Below are positions 1 to 11,554 of a DNA stretch of 64,000 nt, piece by piece. The translations under genes were made by a program, and so were the position numbers. The notes under the pieces were generated by a model that saw only the letters and a program-made list of their open reading frames with translations, made no database searches and was not told the origin of the DNA. Within the stretch, counting starts at the first letter, position 1; the number at the start of each line of letters is the position of its first letter. This DNA comes from Escherichia coli (GTDB lineage Bacteria; Pseudomonadota; Gammaproteobacteria; Enterobacterales; Enterobacteriaceae), in NCBI RefSeq assembly GCF_046105845.1, contig NZ_CP151004.1. The stretch is one strand, 5' to 3'.

Positions 1-39
1 AGCCCAACCATGTGTGCCTATAACAATAGCAATGGTCAC
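1..39 (-). CDS. manX: 5' fragment (13 codons) of mannose PTS EIIAB component; gene continues beyond window start
   Basis: Minus-strand translation from GTG at 39 gives VTIAIVIGTHGWA, matching the remembered ManX N-terminus; divergent from yoaE. Confidence 0.6.
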   Translation of the reverse strand, partial: MTIAIVIGTHGWA

Positions 40-501
40 TTGCTACCTCCTTTATTATCGTTAACACCTCAACGTGCCAGATGTATTTTTGAATCGTCGT
101 CCACAATCGAATCGATTCAGATAAGGGCTACAACCAAAAACCCCTGCGTTTCGCGATTTATTTTAGATATCGAAAAAATTATTTTATGTGATGAAGATCC
201 GTAATTTAACTTTCGATTAGCAGAAATTTCGAAAGGTAAAATATCCTTGTCACATTCGTTTGCAAAGGAAGGTAAATCTTTGCCAAATCAGAGGCGTCTC
301 TGATATGTTTAACTCCCGTTTAACAACCATGGAGTATAGGGCAGTAGCCCGCAGTATGGATCGTCACCGACGTCATTTCAGCATCAGGCCTTTTAACGCC
401 TGTCTTTCTGGCACTCTATGCCGCACCTTTCGTTTGCATTTTGTCGTTACGCCTGCATTATTTCTGGCGTCGAATAGCTATTCCTTAAGCAGGAGCTTGT
501 C

Positions 502-2058
502 ATGGAATTCTTAATGGACCCCTCAATTTGGGCGGGGCTACTCACGCTTGTTGTTCTCGAAATTGTGCTGGGTATCGATAACCTGGTCTTCATCGCCATT
601 CTTGCTGACAAACTGCCGCCAAAACAACGCGATAAAGCGCGTTTGCTGGGATTATCACTGGCGCTGATTATGCGTCTGGGGCTGCTGTCGCTGATTTCAT
701 GGATGGTCACGCTGACCAAACCGCTATTTACCGTCATGGATTTCTCCTTCTCCGGACGCGACCTGATTATGTTGTTCGGGGGGATATTCTTGCTGTTCAA
801 AGCAACAACCGAACTGCATGAACGGCTGGAAAACCGCGATCATGATTCCGGCCACGGTAAAGGCTACGCCAGTTTCTGGGTGGTCGTCACACAGATTGTC
901 ATCCTTGACGCCGTCTTCTCGTTGGATGCGGTAATTACGGCAGTAGGGATGGTTAACCATCTGCCGGTGATGATGGCGGCGGTAGTGATTGCGATGGCGG
1001 TTATGTTGCTGGCATCGAAACCGCTGACGCGATTCGTTAACCAGCACCCCACGGTGGTGGTGCTCTGTCTGAGCTTCCTGTTAATGATTGGTCTGAGTCT
1101 GGTGGCAGAAGGTTTCGGTTTCCACATTCCGAAAGGTTACCTGTATGCCGCGATTGGCTTCTCGATCATCATCGAAGTGTTTAACCAAATTGCGCGTCGC
1201 AACTTTATTCGTCACCAGTCGACTTTGCCGCTGCGAGCGCGTACTGCCGATGCCATCCTGCGTTTGATGGGCGGGAAACGTCAGGCCAATGTTCAGCACG
1301 ATGCCGATAACCCGATGCCGATGCCGATCCCGGAAGGTGCATTTGCCGAAGAAGAACGTTACATGATTAACGGCGTACTGACGCTGGCGTCGCGTTCTCT
1401 GCGCGGGATCATGACGCCGCGCGGTGAAATAAGCTGGGTTGACGCTAATCTCGGGGTCGATGAAATCCGCGAGCAGCTGCTCTCCTCACCGCACAGCCTG
1501 TTCCCGGTATGTCGCGGTGAACTGGATGAAATCATCGGAATCGTACGTGCTAAAGAACTGCTGGTGGCGCTGGAAGAGGGCGTTGATGTGGCGGCGATTG
1601 CTTCGGCGTCTCCGGCGATTATCGTCCCTGAAACCCTCGATCCGATCAACCTGCTGGGCGTGCTGCGTCGTGCTCGCGGGAGCTTTGTTATCGTGACCAA
1701 CGAGTTTGGTGTGGTACAAGGTCTGGTCACGCCGCTGGATGTGCTGGAAGCCATTGCGGGTGAATTCCCGGACGCTGACGAAACGCCGGAAATCATTACC
1801 GATGGTGACGGCTGGCTGGTAAAAGGCGGTACAGATTTGCATGCCTTGCAGCAGGCGCTTGATGTTGAGCACCTTGCCGATGACGATGATATCGCGACGG
1901 TCGCGGGCCTCGTGATCTCGGCAAATGGTCACATTCCCCGTGTGGGCGATGTGATTGATGTAGGGCCACTGCATATCACCATCATTGAAGCCAATGATTA
2001 TCGTGTTGATCTGGTTCGCATTGTTAAAGAGCAACCGGCGCACGATGAAGATGAGTAA
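502..2058 (+). CDS. yoaE: TerC-family integral membrane protein with C-terminal CBS/CorC-type domains
   Basis: 518-aa ORF; hydrophobic N-terminal half, soluble C-terminal half; matches remembered YoaE length and sequence. Confidence 0.9.
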
Positions 2059-2061
2059 GCG

Positions 2062-3660
2062 TTAACGTAACGGCATAATGGGCGTGATATGTCCATTATG
2101 CCGGGCGGGCGGCGGTTGGCTGCCCGCCAGCCATTTGGGAAAATCACGTAGCGGCATCGGCTGTGCGTACAAATACCCTTGCAAAATATGCACGCCATGA
2201 CGGCGCAAATACTTCGCCTGTTCTTGCGTTTCCACGCCCTCCGCCACCAGTTCAATATTCAGTCTTTGCCCCAGCGCGATGATGATATCGGTCACCGTCG
2301 AGTTAACCGCGTCAGAACCTATAGCTGCGGTAAATGACTTATCAATTTTCAGCACGTCAGGACGTAATGTTTCAAGCCAGGAAAACGAACTGTTGCCGGT
2401 GCCGAAGTCATCAATCGCCAGTTTGACGTTTTTACGATGCAGCTCGCGGGCAATCCGATAATCAACATCCAGTAAGGCATCGCGTTCGGTGATTTCGAGG
2501 ATCAGTTGCTGAATCGGGTGAGCGCTAAACCAGTACTGATTGAGATCTTTTATCAGCACACCACGGCGAAAATGACTGGGTGCGACGTTAATGCCAACAT
2601 GAAACTGACTACTCATTGGGAAAACATGCCGCTGACGGATGGTTTCTGCCATCACATAGCGGGTCAGTGGCACAATTAAATGATGTTCTTCCGCGATAGG
2701 AATAAACACATCCGGTGAAATCCAGCCCTGACGTGGATTGTTCCAGCGCAGCAAAATCTCTACACCAATACATTGCTGGCTGCGCGCATTAAGCAAAGGC
2801 TGACAGAACAATTCGAACTCATGTTGCGCCAGGCCCAGATTGATTTCGCGGGAAAAGCTCATTCGGTAAGCGGTCGCCAGCCAGGCGATATAGCCCACCA
2901 GTAAACTTAGCAGCACCGCCAGCGGTAATTGTGTTGGAAGATAGTGCCATGCCAGCGCCGTAGCCCCCGGACCATTAACGTTAATGGTAAAAGGAAAGCG
3001 TTGCGAAGAAACCTGATAGTTTTCATTGTCTTCAGGTTGCGGAAGGGAATCTACCAGCCCATTACCATAGAGCAAATGCCGTTTGTCCACCGTCAGGCTG
3101 GCGCTACTGATTTGCGGCAGTTGTGGCTCAAGGAGCATTGCCGTCAGTAAGTCGATGTTAATCATCTCCATGACCCCAGCATTGCTACTGCCCGCTGCAG
3201 GTGTCCATTGAATCAAAACCGGACTGCCTTTAATCAGGGCATGGTCGGTCGTCAGGCGTAAAAGTGGTTGCGGTGCAGGAAGTTCAGCCAGAATGTCCAC
3301 GACGGGCACATTGCGATAACCAAAAATGCTGGAGCAATAAAGTGTGCCGTCTTGCACCAGGCCAATGGATCGCACAGTTTGGAGTTTTGCCGCCTGTTTA
3401 CGTAATGGCAAATGGGCGACAGAGCAGGGCAGACCAATCAGCGGAAGCAAGACTTCGCTACCTGCCTGTAGGGGAAGCAGTACTTTATCTAATTCCTCTA
3501 CAGCGTGATTGGCGAATTGTACTACCCGTTGTTGATTTAAGTTACGCTGTGAAATAAATCGCACGCTCAGGGTCGAAGCGAGCGTAACGAGTGCGCAAAT
3601 CGTACAAACAATCATTCGATTACGGCGATAGGTTTTAATGATCCGTTGTGCTTTTTGCAT
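2062..3660 (-). CDS. pdeD: CSS-motif-domain c-di-GMP phosphodiesterase (EAL domain)
   Basis: Track ORF 2062..3690; start moved to internal Met (MQKAQRII) giving 532 aa; N-terminal TM plus LYCSSIF (CSS) motif and C-terminal EAL-type domain. Confidence 0.85.
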   Translation of the reverse strand: MQKAQRIIKTYRRNRMIVCTICALVTLASTLSVRFISQRNLNQQRVVQFANHAVEELDKVLLPLQAGSEVLLPLIGLPCSVAHLPLRKQAAKLQTVRSIGLVQDGTLYCSSIFGYRNVPVVDILAELPAPQPLLRLTTDHALIKGSPVLIQWTPAAGSSNAGVMEMINIDLLTAMLLEPQLPQISSASLTVDKRHLLYGNGLVDSLPQPEDNENYQVSSQRFPFTINVNGPGATALAWHYLPTQLPLAVLLSLLVGYIAWLATAYRMSFSREINLGLAQHEFELFCQPLLNARSQQCIGVEILLRWNNPRQGWISPDVFIPIAEEHHLIVPLTRYVMAETIRQRHVFPMSSQFHVGINVAPSHFRRGVLIKDLNQYWFSAHPIQQLILEITERDALLDVDYRIARELHRKNVKLAIDDFGTGNSSFSWLETLRPDVLKIDKSFTAAIGSDAVNSTVTDIIIALGQRLNIELVAEGVETQEQAKYLRRHGVHILQGYLYAQPMPLRDFPKWLAGSQPPPARHNGHITPIMPLR

Positions 3661-3790
3661 GCGGGCCACCCTGTAAGCGTATGGCGACAAACGCCTGACG
3701 CAACAGTGGAAGTGTAGTGGGGAATATTACAGCAGACGAGAAAGCGGGGATAAATTCGCCCATCCGTTGCAGATGGGCGAGTAAGAAGTA

Positions 3791-5155
3791 TTAGTCACAC
3801 TGGACTTTGATTGCCAGACCACCGCGTGAGGTTTCGCGGTATTTGGCGTTCATGTCCTTACCGGTTTCGTACATCGTTTCGATGACCTTATCCAGCGAGA
3901 CGCGCGGTGCACTGGTGCGGCGCAGAGCCATCCGTGCGGCGTTAATCGCCTTCACAGAGGCAATGGCATTACGCTCAATGCACGGCACCTGAACCTGCCC
4001 TGCAACCGGGTCGCAGGTTAAACCAAGGTTGTGTTCCATGCCAATTTCCGCCGCCACGCAAACCTGTTCCGGGCTACCGCCCAGCAGTTCTGCAAGACCC
4101 GCAGCAGCCATTGAACAGGCAACACCCACTTCGCCCTGGCAACCAACTTCCGCACCGGAAATAGAGGCGTTCATTTTATACAATGCACCAATCGCGCCCG
4201 CTGCCATAAAGTAACGGGTATAGATGTCCGGGCTGACCGATTCAATAAAGTGGTCATAGTAAGCCAGCACTGCCGGAACGATACCGCAGGCACCGTTGGT
4301 TGGCGCAGTTACCACACGACCACCGGCGGCGTTTTCTTCGTTAACTGCCAGCGCAAACATGTTTACCCAGTCAATGACATTCATCGGATCGTTAGACAGT
4401 TTATCGCTGGAAACTAACATCCGGCGCAGGGCCGACGCACGACGCGGCACGCGCAGCGGGCCTGGCAGTACGCCTTCGGTATTCATCCCGCGATCGATAC
4501 ATGCCTGCATGGTTTGCCAGACATGAGCGAAATACTCGTCGATCTCTTTCTTGCTGTGTAGCGCCAGTTCGTTCTGCATAGCGAGACCAGAAAGCGAATA
4601 GCCGGTTTCATTACAGTACGCGAGCAGTTCGGTGGCAGATTTGAACGGATACGGCACGCTCACTTCGTTGGCGGCATCCTGACCAAAGTGTTCTTCATCG
4701 ACGATAAAACCGCCGCCGATGGAATAATAAGTTTTGCTGTAGACGACTTCATCGCCGTTATAGGCGTGGATTTGCATACCGTTTTCATGCAGCGGCAGGT
4801 TGCCGTTATGAAAACGCATCCCGTTGTCGCGCGGGAAATCCACTTCATGCCGTCCCTGTGCCAGCAGCAGACGTTCGCGCTCTTCTACGTCGCGAATAAA
4901 ACCGGGAATACTGTCGATATCCACGGTGGCAGGTTCGTTACCTGCAAGACCCATAATAATGGCGATATCGGTGTGGTGGCCTTTACCCGTCAGCGACAGT
5001 GAACCATAAACGTCCACGGCAACGCGAGTAACGCTATCCAGTAAGCCTTTTTCGACCAGATCATCGACGAACTGTTTACCCGCCTTCATAGGCCCTACGG
5101 TATGGGAAGATGAGGGACCAATCCCCACCTTAAACATGTCGAATAGACTAATCAC
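3791..5155 (-). CDS. sdaA: L-serine dehydratase 1 (4Fe-4S)
   Basis: 454-aa ORF beginning [23 protein letters not shown]; full-length match to remembered SdaA. Confidence 0.95.
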   Translation of the reverse strand: MISLFDMFKVGIGPSSSHTVGPMKAGKQFVDDLVEKGLLDSVTRVAVDVYGSLSLTGKGHHTDIAIIMGLAGNEPATVDIDSIPGFIRDVEERERLLLAQGRHEVDFPRDNGMRFHNGNLPLHENGMQIHAYNGDEVVYSKTYYSIGGGFIVDEEHFGQDAANEVSVPYPFKSATELLAYCNETGYSLSGLAMQNELALHSKKEIDEYFAHVWQTMQACIDRGMNTEGVLPGPLRVPRRASALRRMLVSSDKLSNDPMNVIDWVNMFALAVNEENAAGGRVVTAPTNGACGIVPAVLAYYDHFIESVSPDIYTRYFMAAGAIGALYKMNASISGAEVGCQGEVGVACSMAAAGLAELLGGSPEQVCVAAEIGMEHNLGLTCDPVAGQVQVPCIERNAIASVKAINAARMALRRTSAPRVSLDKVIETMYETGKDMNAKYRETSRGGLAIKVQCD

Positions 5156-5338
5156 GATAATACTCCTGACAAGGTGACTGGACTTCCAGTAACGAACTAA
5201 TAACAGCGCATAGTGTAAGAGGGAACGCGGCGACTGGCTTAACTATTCACATGAATTAAACTAATCAAAAACCGCGATTTAACTAATATTGCGATGATTG
5301 TCTCAAGTAGTGTTTTGTAGATGTAAAGATAAGTATAG

Positions 5339-5917
5339 TCAGGGTTTCACACCAATTTGCAGCGCCAGTTCACGAATTATGCCTGCGGTCATTCCCCATA
5401 CAAAATACTGTTCGTACCAGGACAGCCATACCCGATGTGAATCGCCACGGCGGTAGATATCTAAAGGGTGATAACGACCCAGATGTAATGCCTGGGCGAG
5501 CGGCATTTCAAACACCGCCGAGACTTCATCTTCACTGGCGCGATACGGCAGATCGGGCGGGATAATGCCGACCACCGGGGTTACCTGGTAGCCAGTTACG
5601 CTATCGACGGGCGGCAGCACGCCGATAACTTCAACGGCGGAAGGCGGTATAGCGACCTCTTCTTCAGCTTCGCGCAGCGCGGCGGCGATAACTGATGCAT
5701 CCGTGTCATCGACTGCGCCTCCAGGGAATGCCACTTGTCCAGCGTGTTTACGCAGATGAATTGAACGCTGAGTCAGCAACAACCCCGGTTGCGGTCGACG
5801 GACGATGGGGATTAACACGGCAGCCTGACGATGATTTAGGGTTTCCCGGTTAATTTGCGGGCGCAAAAGTTGAAAGCGCGATAAAAAATCATCAAGCGTC
5901 AGGCTACGGTATTCCAC
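5339..5917 (-). CDS. nudL: Nudix-family CoA pyrophosphatase
   Basis: 192-aa ORF immediately downstream of pabB with a 3-nt gap; operon arrangement. Confidence 0.9.
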
Positions 5918-5920
5918 GTC

Positions 5921-7282
5921 TTACTTCTCCAGTTGGCGTAATATCTTATTAACTTTATCAAAAGTTTCCTGATATTCCGCTTCTTCCTGGCTATCGGCGA
6001 CAATTCCACCGCCCGCAGAGCAGTATATTTGTCCGTTAATGGCAGTCAGCGTGCGGATAGTAATGCTGGTATCCATGTTGCCGCAAAAGCTCAAATAGCC
6101 AATGCTGCCGCACCAGGCATTACGTCGCTGCGGTTCCAGTTCGTCGATAATTTCCATAGCCCGTACTTTCGGAGCCCCGGTTATTGAGCCACCAGGAAAA
6201 GCTGCGCGCAGCAGATCGCTGGCGTGTAACTGTTCTGGTAGTTGCGCCGTTATGGTGCTGACCAGATGATGCACGGCAGGGAAGGGTTCCACCACGAAGA
6301 GCTCTGGTACTTTTACCGAACCTGCTACGGCAACACGACCGATATCATTACGCATTAAATCGACAATCATCAGATTTTCGGCACGATCTTTCGCTGAGTT
6401 CGCCAGTTTCTCTGCTTGTTTGCTATCTTCCTGAGGATCGGGCAGGCGTGGTAGCGTGCCTTTAATCGGGCGGGTCTGGATTTCACTATTATCACAAAGA
6501 ATAAACCGCTCTGGCGAAAGGCTTAAAATTGCACTCTGTTCAAGACGTAAAAAAGCGCTAAATGGCGCGCGGTTGGCCTGATTAAGCTGAAGGAATGCCT
6601 GCCATTCATCGCCAGAATAGGTCGCATGAAAACGCTGGGCGAGATTCACCTGATAGCAATCACCGCTGTGCAGATATTCCTGTACCTGGCGAAATTTTTC
6701 GCCGTACTGCTCGCGGGTCATATTGGATTGCCAGTCGGAAGTGAGCGTGAAATCTTCCTGCGGGGAGAATTGCTGGCTTTCCAGCCAGGCCCGACGGGCA
6801 TTGACATCATTATGACTCAGCAAAGAAACTGTTTGACGCTGGTGGTCAACAACCAGCGCCCAGTCGTAGATACCCACTGCCATATCCGGCAGAACGATAT
6901 CTTGCTGCGCAATTTCTGGCAGTGACTCAAAACGGCGGCCCAGATCGTAGCCAAACAACCCCAGCGCGCCGCCCTGAAATGGCAAATCTTCGTTATGCGC
7001 TGGGCGAATGTCTGCGCGATCCAGCACCTGCTGGAGCACCTGTAGCGGGTCATCAGTGATCGTTGTGCGTTTTTCGTTTTCACTAACAACGGTTTCTTTA
7101 CCGAAAGTGGTTAAAGTGCAAATCGGCTCGGCGACCACAATATCAAAGCGGCTATATGGATGATCGGCATAGCCGGAGTGTAAAAGCATCGCCCACGGCA
7201 GGTGGCTTAAGCGTGAGAAATAAAATTCAGCGGCGTCCTGACGCCAGGGTAAAGTAATCACAGCGGGAGATAACGTCTTCAT
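5921..7282 (-). CDS. pabB: Aminodeoxychorismate synthase component I
   Basis: 453-aa ORF; chorismate-binding enzyme family; matches remembered PabB. Confidence 0.95.
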   Translation of the reverse strand: MKTLSPAVITLPWRQDAAEFYFSRLSHLPWAMLLHSGYADHPYSRFDIVVAEPICTLTTFGKETVVSENEKRTTITDDPLQVLQQVLDRADIRPAHNEDLPFQGGALGLFGYDLGRRFESLPEIAQQDIVLPDMAVGIYDWALVVDHQRQTVSLLSHNDVNARRAWLESQQFSPQEDFTLTSDWQSNMTREQYGEKFRQVQEYLHSGDCYQVNLAQRFHATYSGDEWQAFLQLNQANRAPFSAFLRLEQSAILSLSPERFILCDNSEIQTRPIKGTLPRLPDPQEDSKQAEKLANSAKDRAENLMIVDLMRNDIGRVAVAGSVKVPELFVVEPFPAVHHLVSTITAQLPEQLHASDLLRAAFPGGSITGAPKVRAMEIIDELEPQRRNAWCGSIGYLSFCGNMDTSITIRTLTAINGQIYCSAGGGIVADSQEEAEYQETFDKVNKILRQLEK

Positions 7283-7355
7283 CAGTCCTGACTCTACTGG
7301 CTATGTGCCGGGTAGCATGAAATAATTAGCGCCAACAATTTAGCAGGAGTTAACA

Positions 7356-7535
7356 ATGTTTGCAGGTTTACCTTCACTCACCCATGAACAGCAGCAAAAA
7401 GCTGTCGAGCGGATCCAGGAACTGATGGCTCAAGGGATGAGCAGCGGCCAGGCAATCGCGTTGGTGGCAGAAGAGCTGCGTGCCAACCATTCCGGCGAGC
7501 GAATCGTGGCGCGTTTTGAGGATGAAGACGAGTAA
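7356..7535 (+). CDS. yoaH: UPF0181 small protein (59 aa)
   Basis: Not in ORF track; ATG preceded by AGGAG, translates [59 protein letters not shown], stop TAA. Confidence 0.75.
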
Positions 7536-7654
7536 CACACTAATCCGTATCGCTTTCGTTATACAAGCCGATGGTTATTTGATTGTGAGAAAAAGGACGC
7601 TTTTCATATGTGATTAAAAGCGTCCTGACCCATTTATGCTGATGTAAATTTAAC

Positions 7655-7954
7655 TTAGACCAGTGCTTTTAGTTCTTCCTGCATATATGTTGAAAAGTAT
7701 TCAGGATTTTTAATCACAATGCGTTCACCAGACTCCATTTTTTTTGCCCATCCAACCATTTTTTCCGTGAACCCCGGGTTCCAGCCTTCCTGGTCAGCTC
7801 GCGCCGTAATATCGGCGGCGCTCGCGGGTACTCCCAGTTCTTTTAAATATTTAAAGATTCCCTTCGCCGTGCTTTCATTCATCGAACTTGGTGTTGGCGC
7901 TGATACATCCATGGCACCAATGAAATCCAGGGCTTTATCTATTACAGCAGGCAT
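7655..7954 (-). CDS. yoaC: DUF1889-family protein
   Basis: Track ORF 7655..8014 (119 aa); start moved to Met21 (MPAVIDKALD) giving the remembered 99-aa protein. Confidence 0.8.
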   Translation of the reverse strand: MPAVIDKALDFIGAMDVSAPTPSSMNESTAKGIFKYLKELGVPASAADITARADQEGWNPGFTEKMVGWAKKMESGERIVIKNPEYFSTYMQEELKALV

Positions 7955-8375
7955 ATTCTTATCCTTAAAATTAACCATGTTATCGATAAGGCTATATATG
8001 ACCTTAATTTGCATCTAATATCAAAGGGATTATAACGATATGGCACGAGTTAACCTGTTGACATTCAGGTGTTTTAAGGGTAGCAGCTCATGGTGTGTTA
8101 TCCAGTAAGAGGGAGAAAATTAACGGTCAGTTCTCACGCTATAACCAAATTGTTCAGCTAAGAAAGAAAACCAGAGATGCTAATCGAAGGGCGAACACAA
8201 CGGCATGGTTATGTTTATTTATATAGTTAGTTTTATAGCTAAAATTGAAATTATAAAAATAAATAATGAATTAGCAGGAGCATCAACAGTAATATCTTAA
8301 TCTCTGGTCGATTTATGTAAAACCGACCAGTATTATCGATAAATTATCGTCTGACTTATTTTGCTTCGATAAAGC

Positions 8376-8720
8376 TTACACCGCAGCCACAATCTTAATT
8401 TCAACTTTATACTTCGGGTTCATCAAACCCGCTTGTACCGTGCAGCGCACCGGCGCATGACCCGCGACAACCCAGGCATCCCACGCTTTATTCATCGCCG
8501 CGAAGTCGTTTTTATCGGCCAGGAAAATGGTGGCATCCAGAATGCTCGATTTATTGCTGCCCTGTTTTTCCAGCACGGCGTCAATTTGCGCCAGCGTGTT
8601 GGCAGTTTGCTCGAAAGCATCGGCGTCGAGGTTTTCCGGTACACCAGTGTAGTAGAGCGTGTTGTTGTGGATCACCACGTCAGACCAGCGGGCTTCAGCA
8701 TCGATACGAACGATAGTCAT
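8376..8720 (-). CDS. yoaB: RidA/YjgF-family protein
   Basis: Track ORF starts at an upstream GTG; start moved to MTIVRIDAEARW giving 114 aa. Confidence 0.85.
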   Translation of the reverse strand: MTIVRIDAEARWSDVVIHNNTLYYTGVPENLDADAFEQTANTLAQIDAVLEKQGSNKSSILDATIFLADKNDFAAMNKAWDAWVVAGHAPVRCTVQAGLMNPKYKVEIKIVAAV

Positions 8721-8851
8721 CATTTTGTCCTCATTATCCTTCCATTTTCGTGCTGCAAAGACTGCCACAATGTGAGGTCGCCGTCACCACTTCAACTGGC
8801 GAAAGCGCCCTCATCCTGACATAATCCCTGTTCAAATCAACAGGGGGTAGT

Positions 8852-10762
8852 GTGACGGACGATTTTGCACCAGACGGTCAGCTGGCGAAAGCGATACCAG
8901 GCTTTAAGCCGCGAGAACCACAGCGACAGATGGCGGTAGCCGTCACCCAGGCGATAGAAAAAGGCCAGCCGCTGGTGGTGGAAGCAGGAACCGGTACGGG
9001 CAAAACCTACGCTTACCTGGCTCCTGCGCTGCGGGCGAAAAAGAAAGTCATTATCTCGACCGGCTCAAAAGCGTTGCAGGATCAGCTCTACAGCCGCGAT
9101 TTGCCAACGGTCTCAAAGGCATTGAAATACACGGGCAATGTGGCGTTGCTGAAAGGGCGCTCAAACTACCTCTGCCTCGAACGTCTCGAACAGCAGGCGC
9201 TGGCGGGGGGCGATCTGCCGGTACAAATCTTAAGCGATGTGATCCTGCTGCGCTCCTGGTCTAATCAAACAGTCGATGGTGATATCAGCACCTGCGTCAG
9301 CGTGGCGGAAGATTCACAGGCGTGGCCGCTGGTCACCAGCACCAACGACAACTGTCTTGGCAGCGACTGCCCGATGTATAAAGATTGCTTTGTGGTCAAA
9401 GCACGTAAAAAAGCGATGGACGCCGATGTGGTGGTGGTAAACCATCATCTCTTTCTGGCGGATATGGTGGTTAAAGAGAGTGGATTTGGCGAGTTGATCC
9501 CGGAAGCGGACGTGATGATCTTCGACGAAGCCCACCAGCTACCGGACATTGCCAGCCAGTATTTTGGTCAGTCACTCTCCAGTCGACAACTGCTCGACCT
9601 GGCAAAAGACATCACCATCGCCTACCGCACCGAATTAAAAGACACCCAGCAGTTACAAAAGTGCGCTGACCGTCTTGCCCAGAGTGCGCAGGATTTTCGT
9701 CTGCAACTCGGTGAGCCAGGCTATCGCGGCAACCTGCGCGAACTGTTAGCCAATCCGCAAATTCAGCGGGCGTTTTTACTGCTCGATGACACTCTTGAAC
9801 TCTGTTACGACGTGGCGAAACTGTCGCTGGGGCGTTCCGCCTTGTTGGATGCGGCATTTGAGCGCGCCACGTTGTATCGCACACGGCTGAAACGGTTAAA
9901 AGAGATCAATCAGCCGGGCTACAGCTACTGGTACGAATGCACCTCACGCCATTTCACTCTCGCGCTTACACCACTGAGCGTGGCGGAGAAATTCAAAGAA
10001 TTAATGGAGCAAAAGCCCGGTAGCTGGATCTTTACCTCAGCAACGCTGTCGGTGAACGACGATCTGCATCATTTCACCTCGCGGCTTGGCATCGAACAGG
10101 CTGAGTCGTTGTTGTTGCCAAGCCCCTTTGATTACAGCCGCCAGGCGTTACTCTGTGTGCCGCGCAACCTGCCGCAAACCAATCAACCGGGTTCCGCACG
10201 TCGACTGGCGGCAATGCTGCGACCGATCATCGAAGCTAACAACGGTCGTTGTTTTATGCTTTGTACCTCGCACGCCATGATGCGCGATCTTGCCGAGCAG
10301 TTCCGCGCTACCATGACGCTTCCCGTTTTGTTGCAGGGGGAAACCAGCAAAGGGCAACTGTTGCAGCAATTTGTCAGCGCCGGTAACGCGCTTCTTGTGG
10401 CAACCAGCAGCTTCTGGGAAGGGGTGGACGTGCGTGGCGATACGCTGTCATTGGTGATTATCGACAAATTGCCGTTTACCTCACCGGATGATCCACTATT
10501 AAAAGCGCGCATGGAAGATTGCCGTTTGCGCGGAGGCGACCCGTTCGATGAAGTACAGCTGCCGGATGCGGTCATTACTCTCAAACAGGGGGTAGGGCGA
10601 CTGATTCGCGACGCCGACGATCGAGGGGTTTTGGTGATTTGCGACAATCGGCTGGTGATGCGCCCTTACGGCGCGACGTTTCTCGCCAGTCTGCCGCCCG
10701 CGCCGCGCACCCGTGACATTGCCCGTGCGGTTCGCTTCCTTGCGATACCATCCTCCAGGTAA
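8852..10762 (+). CDS. yoaA: DinG-family ATP-dependent DNA helicase (Fe-S, superfamily 2)
   Basis: 636-aa ORF with GTG start; Walker A GTGTGKT, DEAH box (DEAHQL) and a Cys cluster (CLGSDCPMYKDC). Confidence 0.9.
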   Translation: MTDDFAPDGQLAKAIPGFKPREPQRQMAVAVTQAIEKGQPLVVEAGTGTGKTYAYLAPALRAKKKVIISTGSKALQDQLYSRDLPTVSKALKYTGNVALLKGRSNYLCLERLEQQALAGGDLPVQILSDVILLRSWSNQTVDGDISTCVSVAEDSQAWPLVTSTNDNCLGSDCPMYKDCFVVKARKKAMDADVVVVNHHLFLADMVVKESGFGELIPEADVMIFDEAHQLPDIASQYFGQSLSSRQLLDLAKDITIAYRTELKDTQQLQKCADRLAQSAQDFRLQLGEPGYRGNLRELLANPQIQRAFLLLDDTLELCYDVAKLSLGRSALLDAAFERATLYRTRLKRLKEINQPGYSYWYECTSRHFTLALTPLSVAEKFKELMEQKPGSWIFTSATLSVNDDLHHFTSRLGIEQAESLLLPSPFDYSRQALLCVPRNLPQTNQPGSARRLAAMLRPIIEANNGRCFMLCTSHAMMRDLAEQFRATMTLPVLLQGETSKGQLLQQFVSAGNALLVATSSFWEGVDVRGDTLSLVIIDKLPFTSPDDPLLKARMEDCRLRGGDPFDEVQLPDAVITLKQGVGRLIRDADDRGVLVICDNRLVMRPYGATFLASLPPAPRTRDIARAVRFLAIPSSR

Positions 10763-10819
10763 TTTGTGATGGAGTATGGTATGATGCGCGCCTTTTTATT
10801 GATCTAAGCACGAAGACCC

Positions 10820-11515
10820 ATGCGAATTCTGGCTATCGATACCGCGACAGAGGCCTGCTCTGTCGCCCTGTGGAACGACGGTACTGTCAACGCTCATTTT
10901 GAGCTTTGCCCTCGTGAACATACTCAACGAATCTTACCGATGGTGCAGGATATCCTGACCACCAGCGGAACTTCCCTGACTGATATTAACGCTCTGGCTT
11001 ACGGGCGCGGCCCCGGTAGCTTTACCGGCGTGCGCATTGGTATTGGTATTGCGCAGGGGCTGGCGCTTGGCGCGGATCTGCCGATGATTGGCGTTTCCAC
11101 GCTCATGACCATGGCGCAAGGGGCGTGGCGCAAAAACGGCGCAACCCGCGTGCTGGCAGCCATTGACGCGCGAATGGGGGAAGTTTACTGGGCCGAATAT
11201 CAGCGCGATGAAAACGGCGTCTGGCACGGCGAAGAAACAGAAGCCGTACTGAAACCTGAACTCGTTCATGAACGGTTGCAACAGCTTTCCGGCGAATGGG
11301 TAACCGTGGGTACGGGCTGGCAAGCCTGGCCGGATCTCGGTAAAGAGAGCGGGTTGGCCCTGCGCGATGGCGATGTGTTACTGCCTGCCGCCGAAGATAT
11401 GCTGCCGATTGCCTGCCAGATGTTTGCCGAGGGAAAAACCGTCGCGGTAGAACATGCCGAACCGGTTTATTTACGTAACAACGTCGCGTGGAAGAAACTT
11501 CCGGGCAAAGAATGA
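10820..11515 (+). CDS. tsaB: tRNA t6A37 threonylcarbamoyladenosine biosynthesis protein TsaB
   Basis: 231-aa ORF beginning [18 protein letters not shown]. Confidence 0.9.
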   Translation: MRILAIDTATEACSVALWNDGTVNAHFELCPREHTQRILPMVQDILTTSGTSLTDINALAYGRGPGSFTGVRIGIGIAQGLALGADLPMIGVSTLMTMAQGAWRKNGATRVLAAIDARMGEVYWAEYQRDENGVWHGEETEAVLKPELVHERLQQLSGEWVTVGTGWQAWPDLGKESGLALRDGDVLLPAAEDMLPIACQMFAEGKTVAVEHAEPVYLRNNVAWKKLPGKE

Positions 11516-11554
11516 ATCTTAAGAGTATGCCCTGAGAAAAAAAGGAGTCGCATC

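Noticed and set aside
724-2043. Minus-strand ORFs (107, 87, 145, 185 aa) inside yoaE
   Set aside because: Antisense to a well-supported 518-aa gene; arginine- and serine-rich translations typical of out-of-frame reading of GC-rich coding DNA.
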